Below, in pieces: positions 10,133-21,803 of a stretch of DNA of 64,000 nucleotides. Both the position numbers and the translations under genes were made by a program. Under the pieces are notes generated by a model. That model did not search any database and had not been told where the DNA came from. It saw nothing but the letters and a program-made list of their open reading frames with translations. The DNA lies in contig OY970320.1 in assembly GCA_963716745.1 (NCBI GenBank), positions 2,112,001 to 2,176,000 on the forward strand. The letters are read 5' to 3'. Source of the DNA: an uncultured Gemmatimonadaceae bacterium (lineage in GTDB: Bacteria > Gemmatimonadota > Gemmatimonadetes > Gemmatimonadales > Gemmatimonadaceae). Position 1 is the stretch's first letter, and every line of letters begins with the position of its first letter.

Positions 10133-11511
10133 ATGAGAGAACTCTTCACCCAGGGGAGTTATCTAGCCGCGTCGGTCCTGTTCATCCTGGGACTGAAGAG
10201 CCTCACGCACCCCGACACGGCCCGCCGCGGCATGCAGTTCGCCGCCGTCGGCATGCTGCTCGCGATCGTCGGCACGCTCGTGCAATACGAGATCGTACGC
10301 TACGACTGGATCCTCGCGGGCCTCGCGATCGGCACGGCGATCGGCGATCCCGCTCGGCGTGTACGTCCCGATGACCGCGATGCCGCAGCGGATCGCGATC
10401 TCGCACATGTTCGGCGCGCTCGCCGCGACGCTCGTCGGCATCGCCGAGTATCTGGGTGCACGGTCCGGAGATCGGCCACGCGAAGATGGCCGCGCTCGGG
10501 TTCGAAGTGCTGTTCGGCGCGCTCACGGTGACCGGCAGCTTCATGGCGTTCGGCAAGCTGCAGGAGATCATCACCGGCCGCGCCGTGACCTATCGCGGAC
10601 AGAACGCGGTGAATCTCGCGCTCTTCGGCACCACGCTCGTGATGTTCGGCTATCTCATCGCGAATCCGTACAGTCCGACGATCTTCTTCACGATGATCGG
10701 GCTGAGCCTGTTCATCGGCATCTTCATGGTGCTCCCGATCGGCGGCGCCGACATGCCGGTGGTCATCTCGCTGCTCAACTCCTACGCGGGCCTCGCGAGC
10801 TCGGCCACGGGCTTCGCGATCGGGAACAACGTGCTGATCATCGCCGGCGCGCTCGACGGCGCGAGCGGGTTCATCCTTTCGATCATCATGAGCAAGGCGA
10901 TGAACCGCTCGTTCGGCAACATCATCTTCGGCGCGTTCGGCGCGGCCGCGCCGAAGAGCGAGAAGACGGCTACGGGATTGAGCGTGAGCCCCATCACCGC
11001 CGAGGACGCGGCCGTCCAGCTCGCGTACGCGAAGCTCGTGATCGTGGTGCCCGGCTACGGACTGGCGGTGGCGCAGGCGCAGCACCAGGTGCGCGAGCTC
11101 GCGGAGCTGATCGAGAAGAAGGGCGGCGAAGTGAAGTACGCGATCCACCCCGTGGCCGGCCGCATGCCGGGCCACATGAACGTGCTGCTCGCCGAGGCGA
11201 ACGTGCCGTACGACCGGCTGTACGACATGGACGAGATCAACTCGGAATTCGAGCGCGCCGATGTGTGTCTCGTGATCGGCGCGAACGACGTCGTGAATCC
11301 CGCCGCGCGCAACGACAAGAGCAGCCCGATCTACGGCATGCCGATCCTGAACGCCGACAAGGCGCAGCGCATCATCGTGATGAAGCGCAGCATGAACCCG
11401 GGCTTCGCCGGGATCGAGAACGAGCTGTTCTATAATGAGAAGACTTCAATGTTGTTCGGAGACGCCAAAGCCTCCTTGTCCAAGCTCGTCGCTGAGGTGA
11501 AGCAAGCTTGA
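10133..11511 (+). CDS. pntB: NAD(P) transhydrogenase subunit beta; two frameshifts (about 10350 and 10455)
   Basis: IGGADMPVVISLLNS, VPGYGLAVAQAQ, HPVAGRMPGHMNVLLAEA. Confidence 0.95.
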
Positions 11512-11546
11512 ACTGCAGACTGAGACGTTAGACTGAGACGATAGAC
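11511..11546. repeat. Single arm of AGACTGAGACGTT-family element
   Basis: TGAACTGCAGACTGAGACGTTAGACTGAGACGATAGAC begins at the pntB stop codon. Confidence 0.7.
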
Positions 11547-11588
11547 CGCTCGCGGGAACTGAGTTCCCTGGTCGCGGGTACGCTAGCC

Positions 11589-12476
11589 ATGCGAAATCTG
11601 ATCGGTGCCGCGCTGCTCGCCGGCATGGCCGCACCAGCGGCGGCTCAATACGGGTCACCGTCCGCCACCCGCACGATCGAGACGCACCCGATCAGCGACC
11701 CCGAAGGGTCACTCATGGGGTATTACTCCGCTCTCACGATCTTCGCGCCCGACGGGGCGCCGTCGCCGTCCAGAGCGTGGACGGTGGATATCACCGCGAA
11801 CCTCGGCTATGTGCCGCCGCTCAGCTACGATCAGCGCACCGCGGGGCGCGACAAGCCAGAAGCCACGAACCTCACCACGGTCTTCGGATATCCCAAGGTC
11901 ACGCTCTGGCTGCCGTACGGCCTCGGCGTCGAAGCCGCGTACACGCCGCAGGTGGACGTGAACGGCGCGGTGCCGCACATCTACTCGTTCGCCGCCGACT
12001 GGCACGTGGCCACATGGAAGTCGATCGTCCTCGTGCCGCGACTCACGTACACCGGCGGCTACATCGAGGGACCGATCACCTGCAACGCGAGTCTCGCGAC
12101 GAGCGGCAACGAGAGCTGGGAGTTCTACTGGGAAAAGATCTGCAATAGTCTCGAGAGCCACGACCGCTTCGAGCCGGATCAATGGACGCTCGAGCTGAAC
12201 GGCACCGGTTCCATCATGGGCGGCAAGGTGCTGCCCTTCGCCGGACTCGGCGTGGTGCAGTACAACTCGACGTTCGACATCCAGGTGCAGAACGGCACGG
12301 GCGGCATCGACACAGATCATCCGATCCTCAAGATGAGCGCGACCCGAGGCTACGGAACGATCGGCGCGACGTGGGTCGCGTCGAGTCTGTTCCGCTTCGG
12401 CGGCGCGCTCTTCTGGGCGCCCGGGTCCGTCTTCACGGGCCGGCTCTCTGCAACGCTGAGGCTGAACGACAAATGA
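11589..12476 (+). CDS. Exported hypothetical protein, possible outer-membrane beta-barrel
   Basis: Signal peptide ending AAA|Q; amphipathic aromatic-rich strands. Confidence 0.7.
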   Translation: MRNLIGAALLAGMAAPAAAQYGSPSATRTIETHPISDPEGSLMGYYSALTIFAPDGAPSPSRAWTVDITANLGYVPPLSYDQRTAGRDKPEATNLTTVFGYPKVTLWLPYGLGVEAAYTPQVDVNGAVPHIYSFAADWHVATWKSIVLVPRLTYTGGYIEGPITCNASLATSGNESWEFYWEKICNSLESHDRFEPDQWTLELNGTGSIMGGKVLPFAGLGVVQYNSTFDIQVQNGTGGIDTDHPILKMSATRGYGTIGATWVASSLFRFGGALFWAPGSVFTGRLSATLRLNDK

Positions 12477-12925
12477 GCGCCAGACGATATCTCATCACCG
12501 GCGCGGCGATCGCCGTGATCGCCGCGGCGTTCGCATGCGCGGATTTCAGTTCGCCCGAAGATCCCACCGGCGGCCTGCCCGACGTGCTGATCGCGAACCC
12601 GTCGCTCAACACCGACATCCAGCCGATCTTCACGAAGCGATGCGCGATCGGCGGCTGTCACACCGTCGCCGAGGCGCGCGTGGGCTTGATCCTCACGGCG
12701 GGCCACTCGCGCGACAGCCTGGTGAACATCCCCTCGGTGAACGGCGCGCCACTCAAGCGCGTGGTGCCCGGCGACCATTTCAACAGCTATCTCTGGCGCG
12801 TGCTGCAACCCGATAGCACCCTGCACCCGGGCCTTCCCCGCATGCCCCTGGCCTCCACTCCGCTCACCACGAACCAGATCCAGAACATCGCGAACTGGAT
12901 CGACGAGGGAGCGCCTAACAACTAA
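12473..12925 (+). CDS. Lipoprotein with c-type cytochrome-like domain (CX4CH motif)
   Basis: Lipobox-like AFAC; DIQPIFTKRCAIGGCH, RMP (distal Met) and IANWIDEGA; ATGA overlap. Confidence 0.75.
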   Translation: MSARRYLITGAAIAVIAAAFACADFSSPEDPTGGLPDVLIANPSLNTDIQPIFTKRCAIGGCHTVAEARVGLILTAGHSRDSLVNIPSVNGAPLKRVVPGDHFNSYLWRVLQPDSTLHPGLPRMPLASTPLTTNQIQNIANWIDEGAPNN

Positions 12926-13002
12926 CTGCTAATGGCAGGCTGTCGACTGTCGGCTGTCGCCTACTCCCGCCGGCGACAGCCGACAGCCGACAGTCCGCAG
13001 TT
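12924..13002. repeat. Heptamer-arm palindromic element (GCTGTCG/CGACAGC family)
   Basis: AACTGCTAATGGCAGGCTGTCGACTGTCGGCTGTCGCC...GGCGACAGCCGACAGCCGACAGTCCGCAGTT; starts in a TAA stop. Confidence 0.85.
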
Positions 13003-13011
13003 GATGAACGC

Positions 13012-13044
13012 AAAACGGGCCCGGCAGAATCTGCCGGGCCCGTT
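13012..13044. terminator. Intrinsic terminator hairpin between convergent genes
   Basis: AAAACGGGCCCGGCAG-AAT-CTGCCGGGCCCGTT; U-tract on the minus (pilin) strand. Confidence 0.75.
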
Positions 13045-13066
13045 AAGCGTTCTTAGAGCGTGGAAA

Positions 13067-13444
13067 CTACTGGCACTTGATCACGCCATCGCCGACGCCG
13101 GCGATCGAGTCCGAACCGAAACCGACTTCACACGTGATCGCGGTCGCCGGGTGCGACGTGTTCGCCGCCCAACCCGTGCCCTTCGCATCCGTCACGGTCG
13201 CGATCACCGCCTGCGACGCCGTGAAGTTCATGTTCGCGAGCACCGTGGTGTACGTCTGGTTGTCCGCGAAATACGATTCCTGCGCGGTCGCCATGTTACG
13301 AAGGTCGGACTTCATCGACGCGACGTAGGCCTTCTCCTTCGTGTTGGCGAACTTCGGAATCGCGATCGCGGCCAGAATGCCGATGATGACCACGACGATC
13401 AGAAGCTCGATCAGCGTAAAGCCCTTCTTGGCAGTGGAGCGCAT
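13067..13444 (-). CDS. Type IV pilin (prepilin with class III signal)
   Basis: KKG|FTLIELLIVVVIIGILAAIAIPKF; C-terminal Cys pair. Confidence 0.93.
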   Translation of the reverse strand: MRSTAKKGFTLIELLIVVVIIGILAAIAIPKFANTKEKAYVASMKSDLRNMATAQESYFADNQTYTTVLANMNFTASQAVIATVTDAKGTGWAANTSHPATAITCEVGFGSDSIAGVGDGVIKCQ

Positions 13445-13523
13445 AGCGTGATCCTCCTGGATCATGAGTATGACCGCGGCGGACACGCTCGCGGGTGATG
13501 CGACTGTTCTCGGCCTTTGTTAA

Positions 13524-13539
13524 AGCACGACTGGTGCCG
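13524..13539 (-). promoter_or_regulatory. Sigma-54 (-24/-12) promoter for the pilin gene
   Basis: Minus strand CGGCACCAGTCGTGCT fits GG-N10-GC about 80 nt upstream of the ATG; AT-rich tract upstream. Confidence 0.6.
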
Positions 13540-13705
13540 CGCTTTTTAATGTTCGTAACTCATTATATATCATATAGTTAGCTGCCATCACAACATTAAA
13601 ATGCACTAGTCTCATGCCGCAGTCTGCGAATCCGCGGGGGTAATGCGGCACTTTTCCGGAACCGAAAGCCTCCCGTCCCACCCGCCCCCTGCCACAGATT
13701 GTACC

Positions 13706-15325
13706 ATGGCTCGCACCCGCGCCCGCCCCGCCGCCGCACGCCCGAAATCGGATACTGCACCGGCGGTGGCGCTCGCAGCCCTCGATGCGCTGGACGACGC
13801 CTACATCGTCGTGGATGCGCAATGGCGGATTCTCGCGGCCAACCGCGCGTTCGCACGATTCCGCGGCGACGAGCCCGCCGCGTTCACTGGCCGCGAACTA
13901 TGGGACGTTCTGCCGCCCCTCGCGCGCGAGTATGAATCCGCGCTTGTGCGCTCCACCGCCGCCGACGGACTGCGCCGCTCCTTCCGCGCCGCCGGCTTCA
14001 CCGCGGGAGCGCAGACTGCCTTCGAGATCACGGTCACCGCCATGACGGGCGGTGGCATCTGCGTTCGCATTGCGCCGATCTCGGTCGCGAGCTGGGCGGA
14101 GCGCGAACTCGCCGAACGCAGCGAAGAGAACGCGTCGCTGAGCGAGGTCGCGCGGATCCTCGCGCAGGAGGACGACGTCGGCACTTTGCTCCAGGTACTC
14201 TGCGCGCGCGCGATGCTCATTTGCGACGCGGCCGGCGCGAACGTCGTTGAGATCGACGGCGGCCAAGTGCAGGTCGTGGCCGGCGCCGGATTCGGCGACG
14301 GCATGCGCGGCGCCCGTTTTCCCCTCATCGGTTCGCTCACCGGCCGCGTGGCCGAGGAGCGCTCGCTCGTGCGCACCGACGACTACCACGCCGACTATGG
14401 GCTCGTCTTCCCCGGACGGCCCGGCTTCGAGCCCGCCGTCGCGCTCGGCGCGCCGCTGATCGCGCACGGCGAAGTGCTCGGCGTGCTGCTCGTCCAGCGG
14501 CTCTCGCGCGGCGCCACGTTCACCGAGCGCGAAGAGCGCCGACTGCGCGCGATCGCCGATCACGCCGCGATCGCGCTCTGGAAGACGAAGCTCCTGGAAC
14601 AGGTGCGCGAGGCGAACCGCTCCAAGAGCGAGTTCATGGCCGTGATCTCGCACGAGCTGCGCACGCCGCTCACCGCGCTCACCGGCTACGAGGAACTGCT
14701 GGCCGACGAGGTGTTCGGACCGCTCACCGAGCAGCAGCAGAGCGCGATCGAGCGTATGCGCACCAGCACCGAACTGCTCACGCTGCTCATCGACGAGGTG
14801 CTCACCGTGGCGCGCCTCGAGGCCGGCCGCGAAGTGATGCGCCCGGTGGACACATCGATCCGCGACGTCGTGAGCGCCGCCGTCGCCGTGCTCGAGCCGC
14901 TCGCGCTCGACAAGGGTCTCGCGCTCCGGCTCACCGAGCCCGACGCGCCCATGCCGCTGCACACCGACGGCGAGATGATCCGGCGCATCCTCGTGAACCT
15001 CGGCGCCAACGCCATCAAGTTCACCGATGCGGGGTACGTCGAGATCTCCGCGATCCCGGAGGGCGACCACGTGAACTTCGCCGTGCGCGACACCGGGATC
15101 GGCATCGCCGCGTCCGACGTGCCGCGGCTCTTCCGCCCGTTCACGCAGCTCGATTCGGGCGTCACCCGGCGCTTCGGCGGCACCGGGCTCGGTCTGTACA
15201 TCTCACAACGGCTCGCGCTGCTGCTCGGCGGAGCGCTCTCCGTGGATTCGGTGGTGGGCGAGGGGAGCGTATTCACCCTGCGCATCCCGGCGCGGCCGGC
15301 GGCGCCCGAAGCCCTCCCGTCATAG
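13706..15325 (+). CDS. PAS-GAF sensor histidine kinase (cytoplasmic)
   Basis: H-box SHELRTPL, N-box NAIKFT, DTGIGI, GGTGLGL. Confidence 0.93.
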   Translation: MARTRARPAAARPKSDTAPAVALAALDALDDAYIVVDAQWRILAANRAFARFRGDEPAAFTGRELWDVLPPLAREYESALVRSTAADGLRRSFRAAGFTAGAQTAFEITVTAMTGGGICVRIAPISVASWAERELAERSEENASLSEVARILAQEDDVGTLLQVLCARAMLICDAAGANVVEIDGGQVQVVAGAGFGDGMRGARFPLIGSLTGRVAEERSLVRTDDYHADYGLVFPGRPGFEPAVALGAPLIAHGEVLGVLLVQRLSRGATFTEREERRLRAIADHAAIALWKTKLLEQVREANRSKSEFMAVISHELRTPLTALTGYEELLADEVFGPLTEQQQSAIERMRTSTELLTLLIDEVLTVARLEAGREVMRPVDTSIRDVVSAAVAVLEPLALDKGLALRLTEPDAPMPLHTDGEMIRRILVNLGANAIKFTDAGYVEISAIPEGDHVNFAVRDTGIGIAASDVPRLFRPFTQLDSGVTRRFGGTGLGLYISQRLALLLGGALSVDSVVGEGSVFTLRIPARPAAPEALPS

Positions 15326-15371
15326 CGGGATCGCCTTCATTCGCCATTCCCACTCGCGTTAGATTACAGCC

Positions 15372-18129
15372 ATGAGCCCGAGCCCCATCACGAGCGCGTT
15401 CAACGACGGCTACGTCGCCGAGATGTACGAGCGGTATCCGCCGCGATCCCGCATCGGTCGACGATTCCTGGCGGCAGTATTTCGAAATGGCGCTCTCGCT
15501 CACCGGCGGTGCGGCCCCCGCGGCGGGTGCGGCCGCGCCGCTCGATGCGGCGTACCTCCGCAAAGTTGCCGGCGCATCGTCGTTCGTGCATGCGATACGC
15601 CAGTACGGGCACCTCGAGGTCGCGCTCGATCCGCTCGGCAGTTCGGCGCCCGGCGCTGCCGAGCTGACGCCGGCGTTCCACGGACTCACCGCCGCCGACC
15701 TCGCCACGATCCCCGGCGCCGCGCTCGGATTCGACGAGCTGCGCACCGCGGCCGATGTCGTCGAGCATCTGCGCGCGCTCTACGCGACGCGTATCGGATT
15801 CGAGTTCGAGCACATCGAGGAAGAGAACGAGCGCCTCTGGTTCCGCGAAGAGATCGAGAGCGGCGCGATGCGCCGCACGCTCGGGCCGGACGAGAAGCTC
15901 GCGTTGCTGCGCCGCCTCACGCAGGTCGACGGCCTCGAACGCTTCCTCGGCCGCGCGTATCAGGGGTACAAGCGCTTCTCGATCGAAGGGAGCGACGCGC
16001 TCGTGCCGATGCTCGACGCGGCGATCGATGGCGCGGCGGCGCGCGGTGCGCGCGAGGTAGTGATCGGCATGGCGCACCGCGGACGCATCAACGTGCTCAC
16101 GCATGTTCTGGAAAAGCCGGCGGGCAATGTATTCGCCGAATTCGACGGCAAGCACGGCGCGAACGCGGCGAGCGACACCGGTGACGTGAAATACCATCTC
16201 GGCGCGAGCACGACGCGCGCGCTCGCCGGCGGTGGCACGGTGGAAGTGAAGCTCGTGCCCAATCCGAGTCATCTCGAGTTCGTGAATCCGGTGGTGGAGG
16301 GCACGGCGCGCGCGCTGCAGCGCTCGGCATCCGGCATGGATGACGCGAGCGTGCTGCCCGTGGTGGTGCACGGCGACGCGGCGTTCGCGGGCGAGGGCGT
16401 GGTGGCCGAGACACTGAATCTCTCGAACCTGCGCGCATATCGCACGGGCGGCACGCTGCACATCATTGCGAACAACCAGGTGGGATTCACCACCGATCCG
16501 CGCGACGGACGGTCCACGTACTACGCGAGCGACCTGGCGAAGGGCTTCGAGATGCCGATCGTGCACGTGAACGGCGACGATGCTGAATCGTGCGTCGCGG
16601 CGATCGCGCTCGCACTCGAGTATCGCGCGCGGTACAAGAAGGATTTCTTGATCGATGTGGTGGGCTACCGCCGCTGGGGGCACAACGAGGCGGACGAGCC
16701 CACGTACACGCAGCCGCTGCAGACGGCGCTCATCAAGGCGCACCCCACGCCGCGCCAGGTGTTCGGCGCGAAGCTGGTGAGCGAAGGAGCTGCTCACCGA
16801 ATGCGGCGGTCGCCGCGCTCGATCAGGAGATCCAGCAGAGCTTCGAGAAAGTGCACGAGCAGAGCCGGAAGACGGGCGAGTTCGCGAGCATCGACGCCGA
16901 CGAGAAGGCGACGCCGGCCGCGGCGCCGATCGACACGAGCGTGAAGGGTGAACAGCTCGTGCTGCTGAACGAGCGCATGCTCACGTGGCCGTCGGATTTC
17001 AAGCCGCTGCCCAAGCTCGCGAAGCAGCTCGAACGCCGCCGCGCGGCGCTGGCCGAGAACGGCGAGATCGATTGGGGGCACGCGGAAGCGCTCGCGATCG
17101 CATCGCTCCTGATGGACGGCGTGAACGTGCGGCTCACCGGGCAGGACGCGGAGCGCGGGACGTTCTCGCACCGTCAGGCGGTGCTGCACGATCACGAGAA
17201 CGGGAACACGTACGCGCCGCTCGCGCACATTCCCGGCGCGCCGGGCCGCTTCGATATCCATAACTCGCCGCTCAGCGAAGTAGCGGTGCTCGGCTTCGAG
17301 TACGGCTACAGCGTGGCCGCGCCCGACTCGCTCGTGATGTGGGAAGCGCAGTTCGGCGATTTCGCGAACGTCGCGCAGCCGGTGATCGATCAGTTCATCG
17401 TGAGCGATCACGCGAAGTGGGGGCAAGACTCCGGGATCGCGCTGCTGCTGCCGCACGGGTACGAGGGGCAGGGCCCCGAGCACTCGAGCGCACGGCTCGA
17501 GCGCTTCCTGCAAATGGCGGCGGAGAACAACATGCGCGTGGCGTATCCGAGCACGCCGGCGCAGTACTTCCACGTACTCCGGCGTCAGGCGCGGTTGGCG
17601 CCGCGGCGGCCGCTCGTGCTCATGCAGCCCAAGAGTCTCCTGCGTTTGCCCGCGGCGGCGAGCCGGCTGGCCGATCTCACCGGCGGATCGTTCAAGCCGG
17701 TGATCGACGCGCCGGCGCCGGCGGGCGGCCGCGCCGATGTGAAGCGTCTGGTGTTCTGCAGCGGAAAGGTCTATTACGATCTCGCGGCCGGCGCGAATGG
17801 CGGCGAGGTCGCGATCGTACGCGTGGAAGAGCTGTACCCCTGGCCGCACGAGGCGATCGCCCAAGTGCTCGACCAGTACCCGAACATCGAGGATGTCGTG
17901 TGGGCACAGGAAGAGCCGAAGAACATGGGCGCATGGACCTTCGTGTCGCCGCGCCTGCGCGCGGCCGTCGGCAACGCGACGCCGATCCGCTACGTGGGAC
18001 GCCCCGAGCGGGCGAGTCCGGCCGAAGGATTCCTCTCGGCGCACACGGAGCAGCAGGCAGCGATCGTCGCCGAGGCGTTGAAGGTGCCGGCATCGGGCAT
18101 CGCGCATTCGACCATCGGCAAAGCGCTAA
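15372..18129 (+). CDS. sucA: 2-oxoglutarate dehydrogenase E1; several frameshifts (about 15440, 16795, 18100)
   Basis: GMAHRGRINVL, GDVKYHLG, HGDAAFAGEG, RLTGQD, WEAQFGDF, GQGPEHSSAR; TAATG at 18127-18131 marks the probable junction with the next gene. Confidence 0.92.
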
Positions 18130-20777
18130 TGCACCACTCGCGCATGTCGATGTCGCCGCACGATGCTCGATGGTCCTTGCGGCCTGCGCATTACTGCCTT
18201 GCTCCCGCGAGCGTCGCGGCTCAGGAGCGCGGCGCGAATGCGCTCGGCGACGCGATCGCCGGACTCGGCGTCAACGTGCGCGTGCTCGTGATCGCCGCGC
18301 ATCCCGATGACGAGGACACGCGGCTCATCACGTGGCTGCACGAAGGGACATCGCGCCGAAGTCGCGTACCTGTCCCTCACGCGCGGCGACGGCGGGCAGA
18401 ATCTCATCGGCAACGAACTCGGCGACGCGCTCGGCGTGATCCGCACGCAGGAGCTGCTCGCGGCGCGGCGCGCTGGACGGCGCGCACCAGTATTTCACGC
18501 GCGCGTACGATTTCGGATTCTCGAAGAGCGCGGCGGAAACGTACAAGCACTGGCCGCACGACTCGCTGCTCAAGGACGTGATCACGGTCGTGCGCGCGTT
18601 CCGGCCGCAGGTGATCGTCACCGTGTTCACGGGCACGCCGCGGACGGTCACGGGCACCATCAGGTGTCGGCGATCCTCGGACGCGAGGCGTACGATCTTG
18701 CGGGCGACAGCGTGCGGTTCCCGGCGAAGAGCACGCAGGGTCTTGCGCCGTGGACCGTGAGCAAGTTCTACCGCGGGCGGTCGTACTTCGGGCCGCCGTA
18801 TCTCGTATTCGTACAATGCGGGCGAGTACGATCCGCTGTTGGGGATGAGCTACGCCGAGCTCGCGGCGATCAGCCGGTCGCAGCACAGGAGCCAGGGCAC
18901 CGGCGCGCTGCCGCGGAAGGGCGCGTCAGCCTGGGTATCTCATGCGCGAAGCGACGCGCGTGAACGCGGGAACGGACTCGGCAGAGAGGAGAATGGGATC
19001 TTCGATGGGATCGATACGACGCTCCTGGGCCGGCATAGGGGAGCGATGGAGTGCTGAGCGTCGCCCGCAGGCTTGGTGGATTCCATGTCCGGCGCAGCTA
19101 CGATCCGTGGCGCGCCAGCCGTAGATCCGTGGCGGCCGCTGGAGACAGCGTGGCGCAGGCGGTGCTGAGATGCTTCGGCCCGCTCAACGCCGCGCCGAGG
19201 ACGCGCGCGTTCCGCGCCGCGAACTGCGAGTGGCGCCAATGCATGCTGCGCGCGAAGGCGCTGCTGTTGTCGCACGGTATTGTCGTCGAGGCGACTGTGG
19301 ATCGCGAGGGATCGTCGCGGTCGGCGACACCATCCCTGTCACCGTGAGCGATCTACAATCGCGGACCGGCGACTGTGAGCCTGAGCGTCAGCCTCCCTTG
19401 GATAGTGCGGAGGATCGTCGCGGCGCGACGGGCGTGACTCGCTCAGTCGCGACGGAATCCCGGTCGCGCCCGACAGCGCGTTTCGCGATACTCTTCTCGT
19501 GACCGGCGTCGAGCACCGTCGCGCCGTGGTGGCTATCGCGACGCCCGAAATGGCGACATGTTCTCCGTCCGGTCTCGACTACGGTCGCTGAGGATCGAGC
19601 GAGAGCCAGCGGTAGCGTGCGGCATTGACCTGCTGCATCGTCGGCGGTCACGTGGATCTAGGTCGAACTTGCTCCCGATCGTTCACCGGTACGCCGACCA
19701 GTGAAGGGCGGGATCGAGCACCCACTCGCCGTCGCGCCCGCGGTGACGCTCACGCTGGACACGCAGGACGAGTACGTCCCCGCGAACGCCGCGATCGATC
19801 GCGCGATCCACGTATGGCTCCGCTCGGCGTCCACGGCCGCGCGCACCGTGAAGGTCACGATCAAGATCGCCGAAGGGGACTCACGCTCGACTCGCATGGC
19901 GCGCACGGTCACAGCTCCCTGCGCTCGGCGCCGCCACGGTGGAGTTTCCGCATGCGCGGCTCGCTTCCCGTAGGCGCGTACACGCTCGACGCGGTCGCCG
20001 AGAGCAACGGGCAGAAGTTCACGACCGGATACCAGCGCATCGAGTACGATCACATTCGTCCGCAGACGCTGTACCGCGACGCGACGGTCACGCTCGAGGC
20101 GGTGGACGTCGCGATCCCGCCGGGCGCGAACATCGCGTACATCCAGGGCGTCGGCGACAATTCCGCGCCGGCGCTGCAGCAGCTCGGCGTGCCGGTCACG
20201 ATCATCGATCCCGGCGAATCTCGCGAGCGCCGATCTCTCGCCGTACACCGCGGTGGTCATCGGCACGCGCGCCTACGACGCGCATCCCGGAGCTGGTCGC
20301 GAACAATGCGAAGCTGCTCGACTGGGTGAAGCGCGGCGGCACGATGGTCGTGCAGTACGGTCAGTACGAGATGACTGCAGCCGGGGATCATGCCGTACCC
20401 GATCACCCTCGCGACGTCCCGCGGCGCGCGTCACCGAGGAGAACGCGCCGGTCACGGTGCTGCTGCCGAACAATCCGGTGCTCAAGTACCCGAACGCGAT
20501 CAGCGCCGAACGATTGGAACGGCTGGGTGCAGGACTGCGCGCTGTACATGCCGACGACGTTCGACTCGGCGTACGTAGCGCCGCTCTCAGATGCACGACA
20601 CGGGCGAATCGCCGAACCAGGGCGGGTTGCTCGTCGCGCCGCTACGGCCGAGGCACCTACGTGTATGTGACGCTCGCGATGTTCCGTCAGCTGCCGGCGG
20701 GCGTGCCCGGCGCGGCGCGCATCATGGTGAACCTGCTCGGCGCGCGTCAGGCCGACGCGCCGAAGGTCTCGCCGTAG
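18129..20777 (+). CDS. PIG-L/LmbE family deacetylase with C-terminal extension; heavily frameshifted
   Basis: AHPDDED, TRGDGGQN, RTQEL, GHGHHQ, YDHIRPQT, YIQGVGD and FRQLPAGVPGAAR are spread across frames. Confidence 0.75.
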
Positions 20778-21803
20778 TGCGTTCGGCTTTCGCGGCGCTG
20801 GCGGCCGCGACGCTGCTCGCCGCGTGCGGCGGCGGCGACAAGCGCACCGTGCTCACCGTGTACTCGTCCGCACGCGAAGGATCTGCTCTCGTACTACGAG
20901 CAGGAATTCGAGCGCGCGCATCCCGAGATCGATGTCCAGTGGGTGGACATGGGCTCGCAGGACGTGATCGACCGGTTGCGCAGCGAGAAGGAGAATCCGC
21001 AGGCCGACGTTTGGTTCGGCGCGCCGGCCGACATCTTCGCACGCGCGGCGGCGGAGAGTCTGCTCACCGCGTACAAGCCGACGTGGGCCGCGGCCGTGGA
21101 CACGAGCGCGCGCGACGCGAACGACTACTGGTACGGCACGTACCGGACGCCGGAAGTGATCGCGTACAATTCCGACGTCGTGACCGCGGCGGACGCGCCG
21201 ACACGATTGGGACGAGGTGCTCGCGCCCAAGTGGAAAGGGAAAGGTGCTGATCCGCGATCCGCTGGGCAGCGGCAGCATGCGCGCGATCTTCGCGGCGCA
21301 GATCGTGCGAGGATGGAAGTCTTCGAACGGACCGGATTCCGGATACGCGTGGCTTGCGGAAGCTGGACGCGAGCACGAAGGAATACGTCGCGAATCCGGC
21401 GCTGCTGTACCAGAAGCTCGGGCGGCGAGAGGGACTCATCTCGTTGTACAACATGCCGGATATCGCGGCGCTGAAGGCGAAAGGCATCCCGGTCGCGTAC
21501 TCGATCCCGAAGTCGGGGACGCCGTTGCTCGTGGACGCGATCGCGGTGGTGCGCGGCGCGAAACATCCGGACGCGGCGAGACTTTACTATGAATTCGTCA
21601 CGTCGCCGGCGGCTTTGACGGCGGCGGCGAATAAGTTTTGGAGAATACCGGCTCGCAACGACTTGAAGACAGATTCCTTGCCGGCTTGGGTGAGAGAGGC
21701 GCTCACGGAGATCAAGGTGATTCCGCTGGATCGATCGCTCATGGAAGCGCACTTGGATGAATGGATGAAATATTGGGATGCGAATATACGGCGGAGGAAC
21801 TGA
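20777..21803 (+). CDS. ABC transporter substrate-binding lipoprotein (Fe3+/FbpA-like family); frameshifted
   Basis: Lipobox LAAC; MGSQDVIDRLRSEKENPQADVWFG; AARLYYEFV. Confidence 0.85.

Noticed and set aside
16590..18581. SucA-PIG-L fusion protein
   Set aside because: The TAATG overlap at 18127-18131 and a signal-like segment indicate two genes joined by an indel error.
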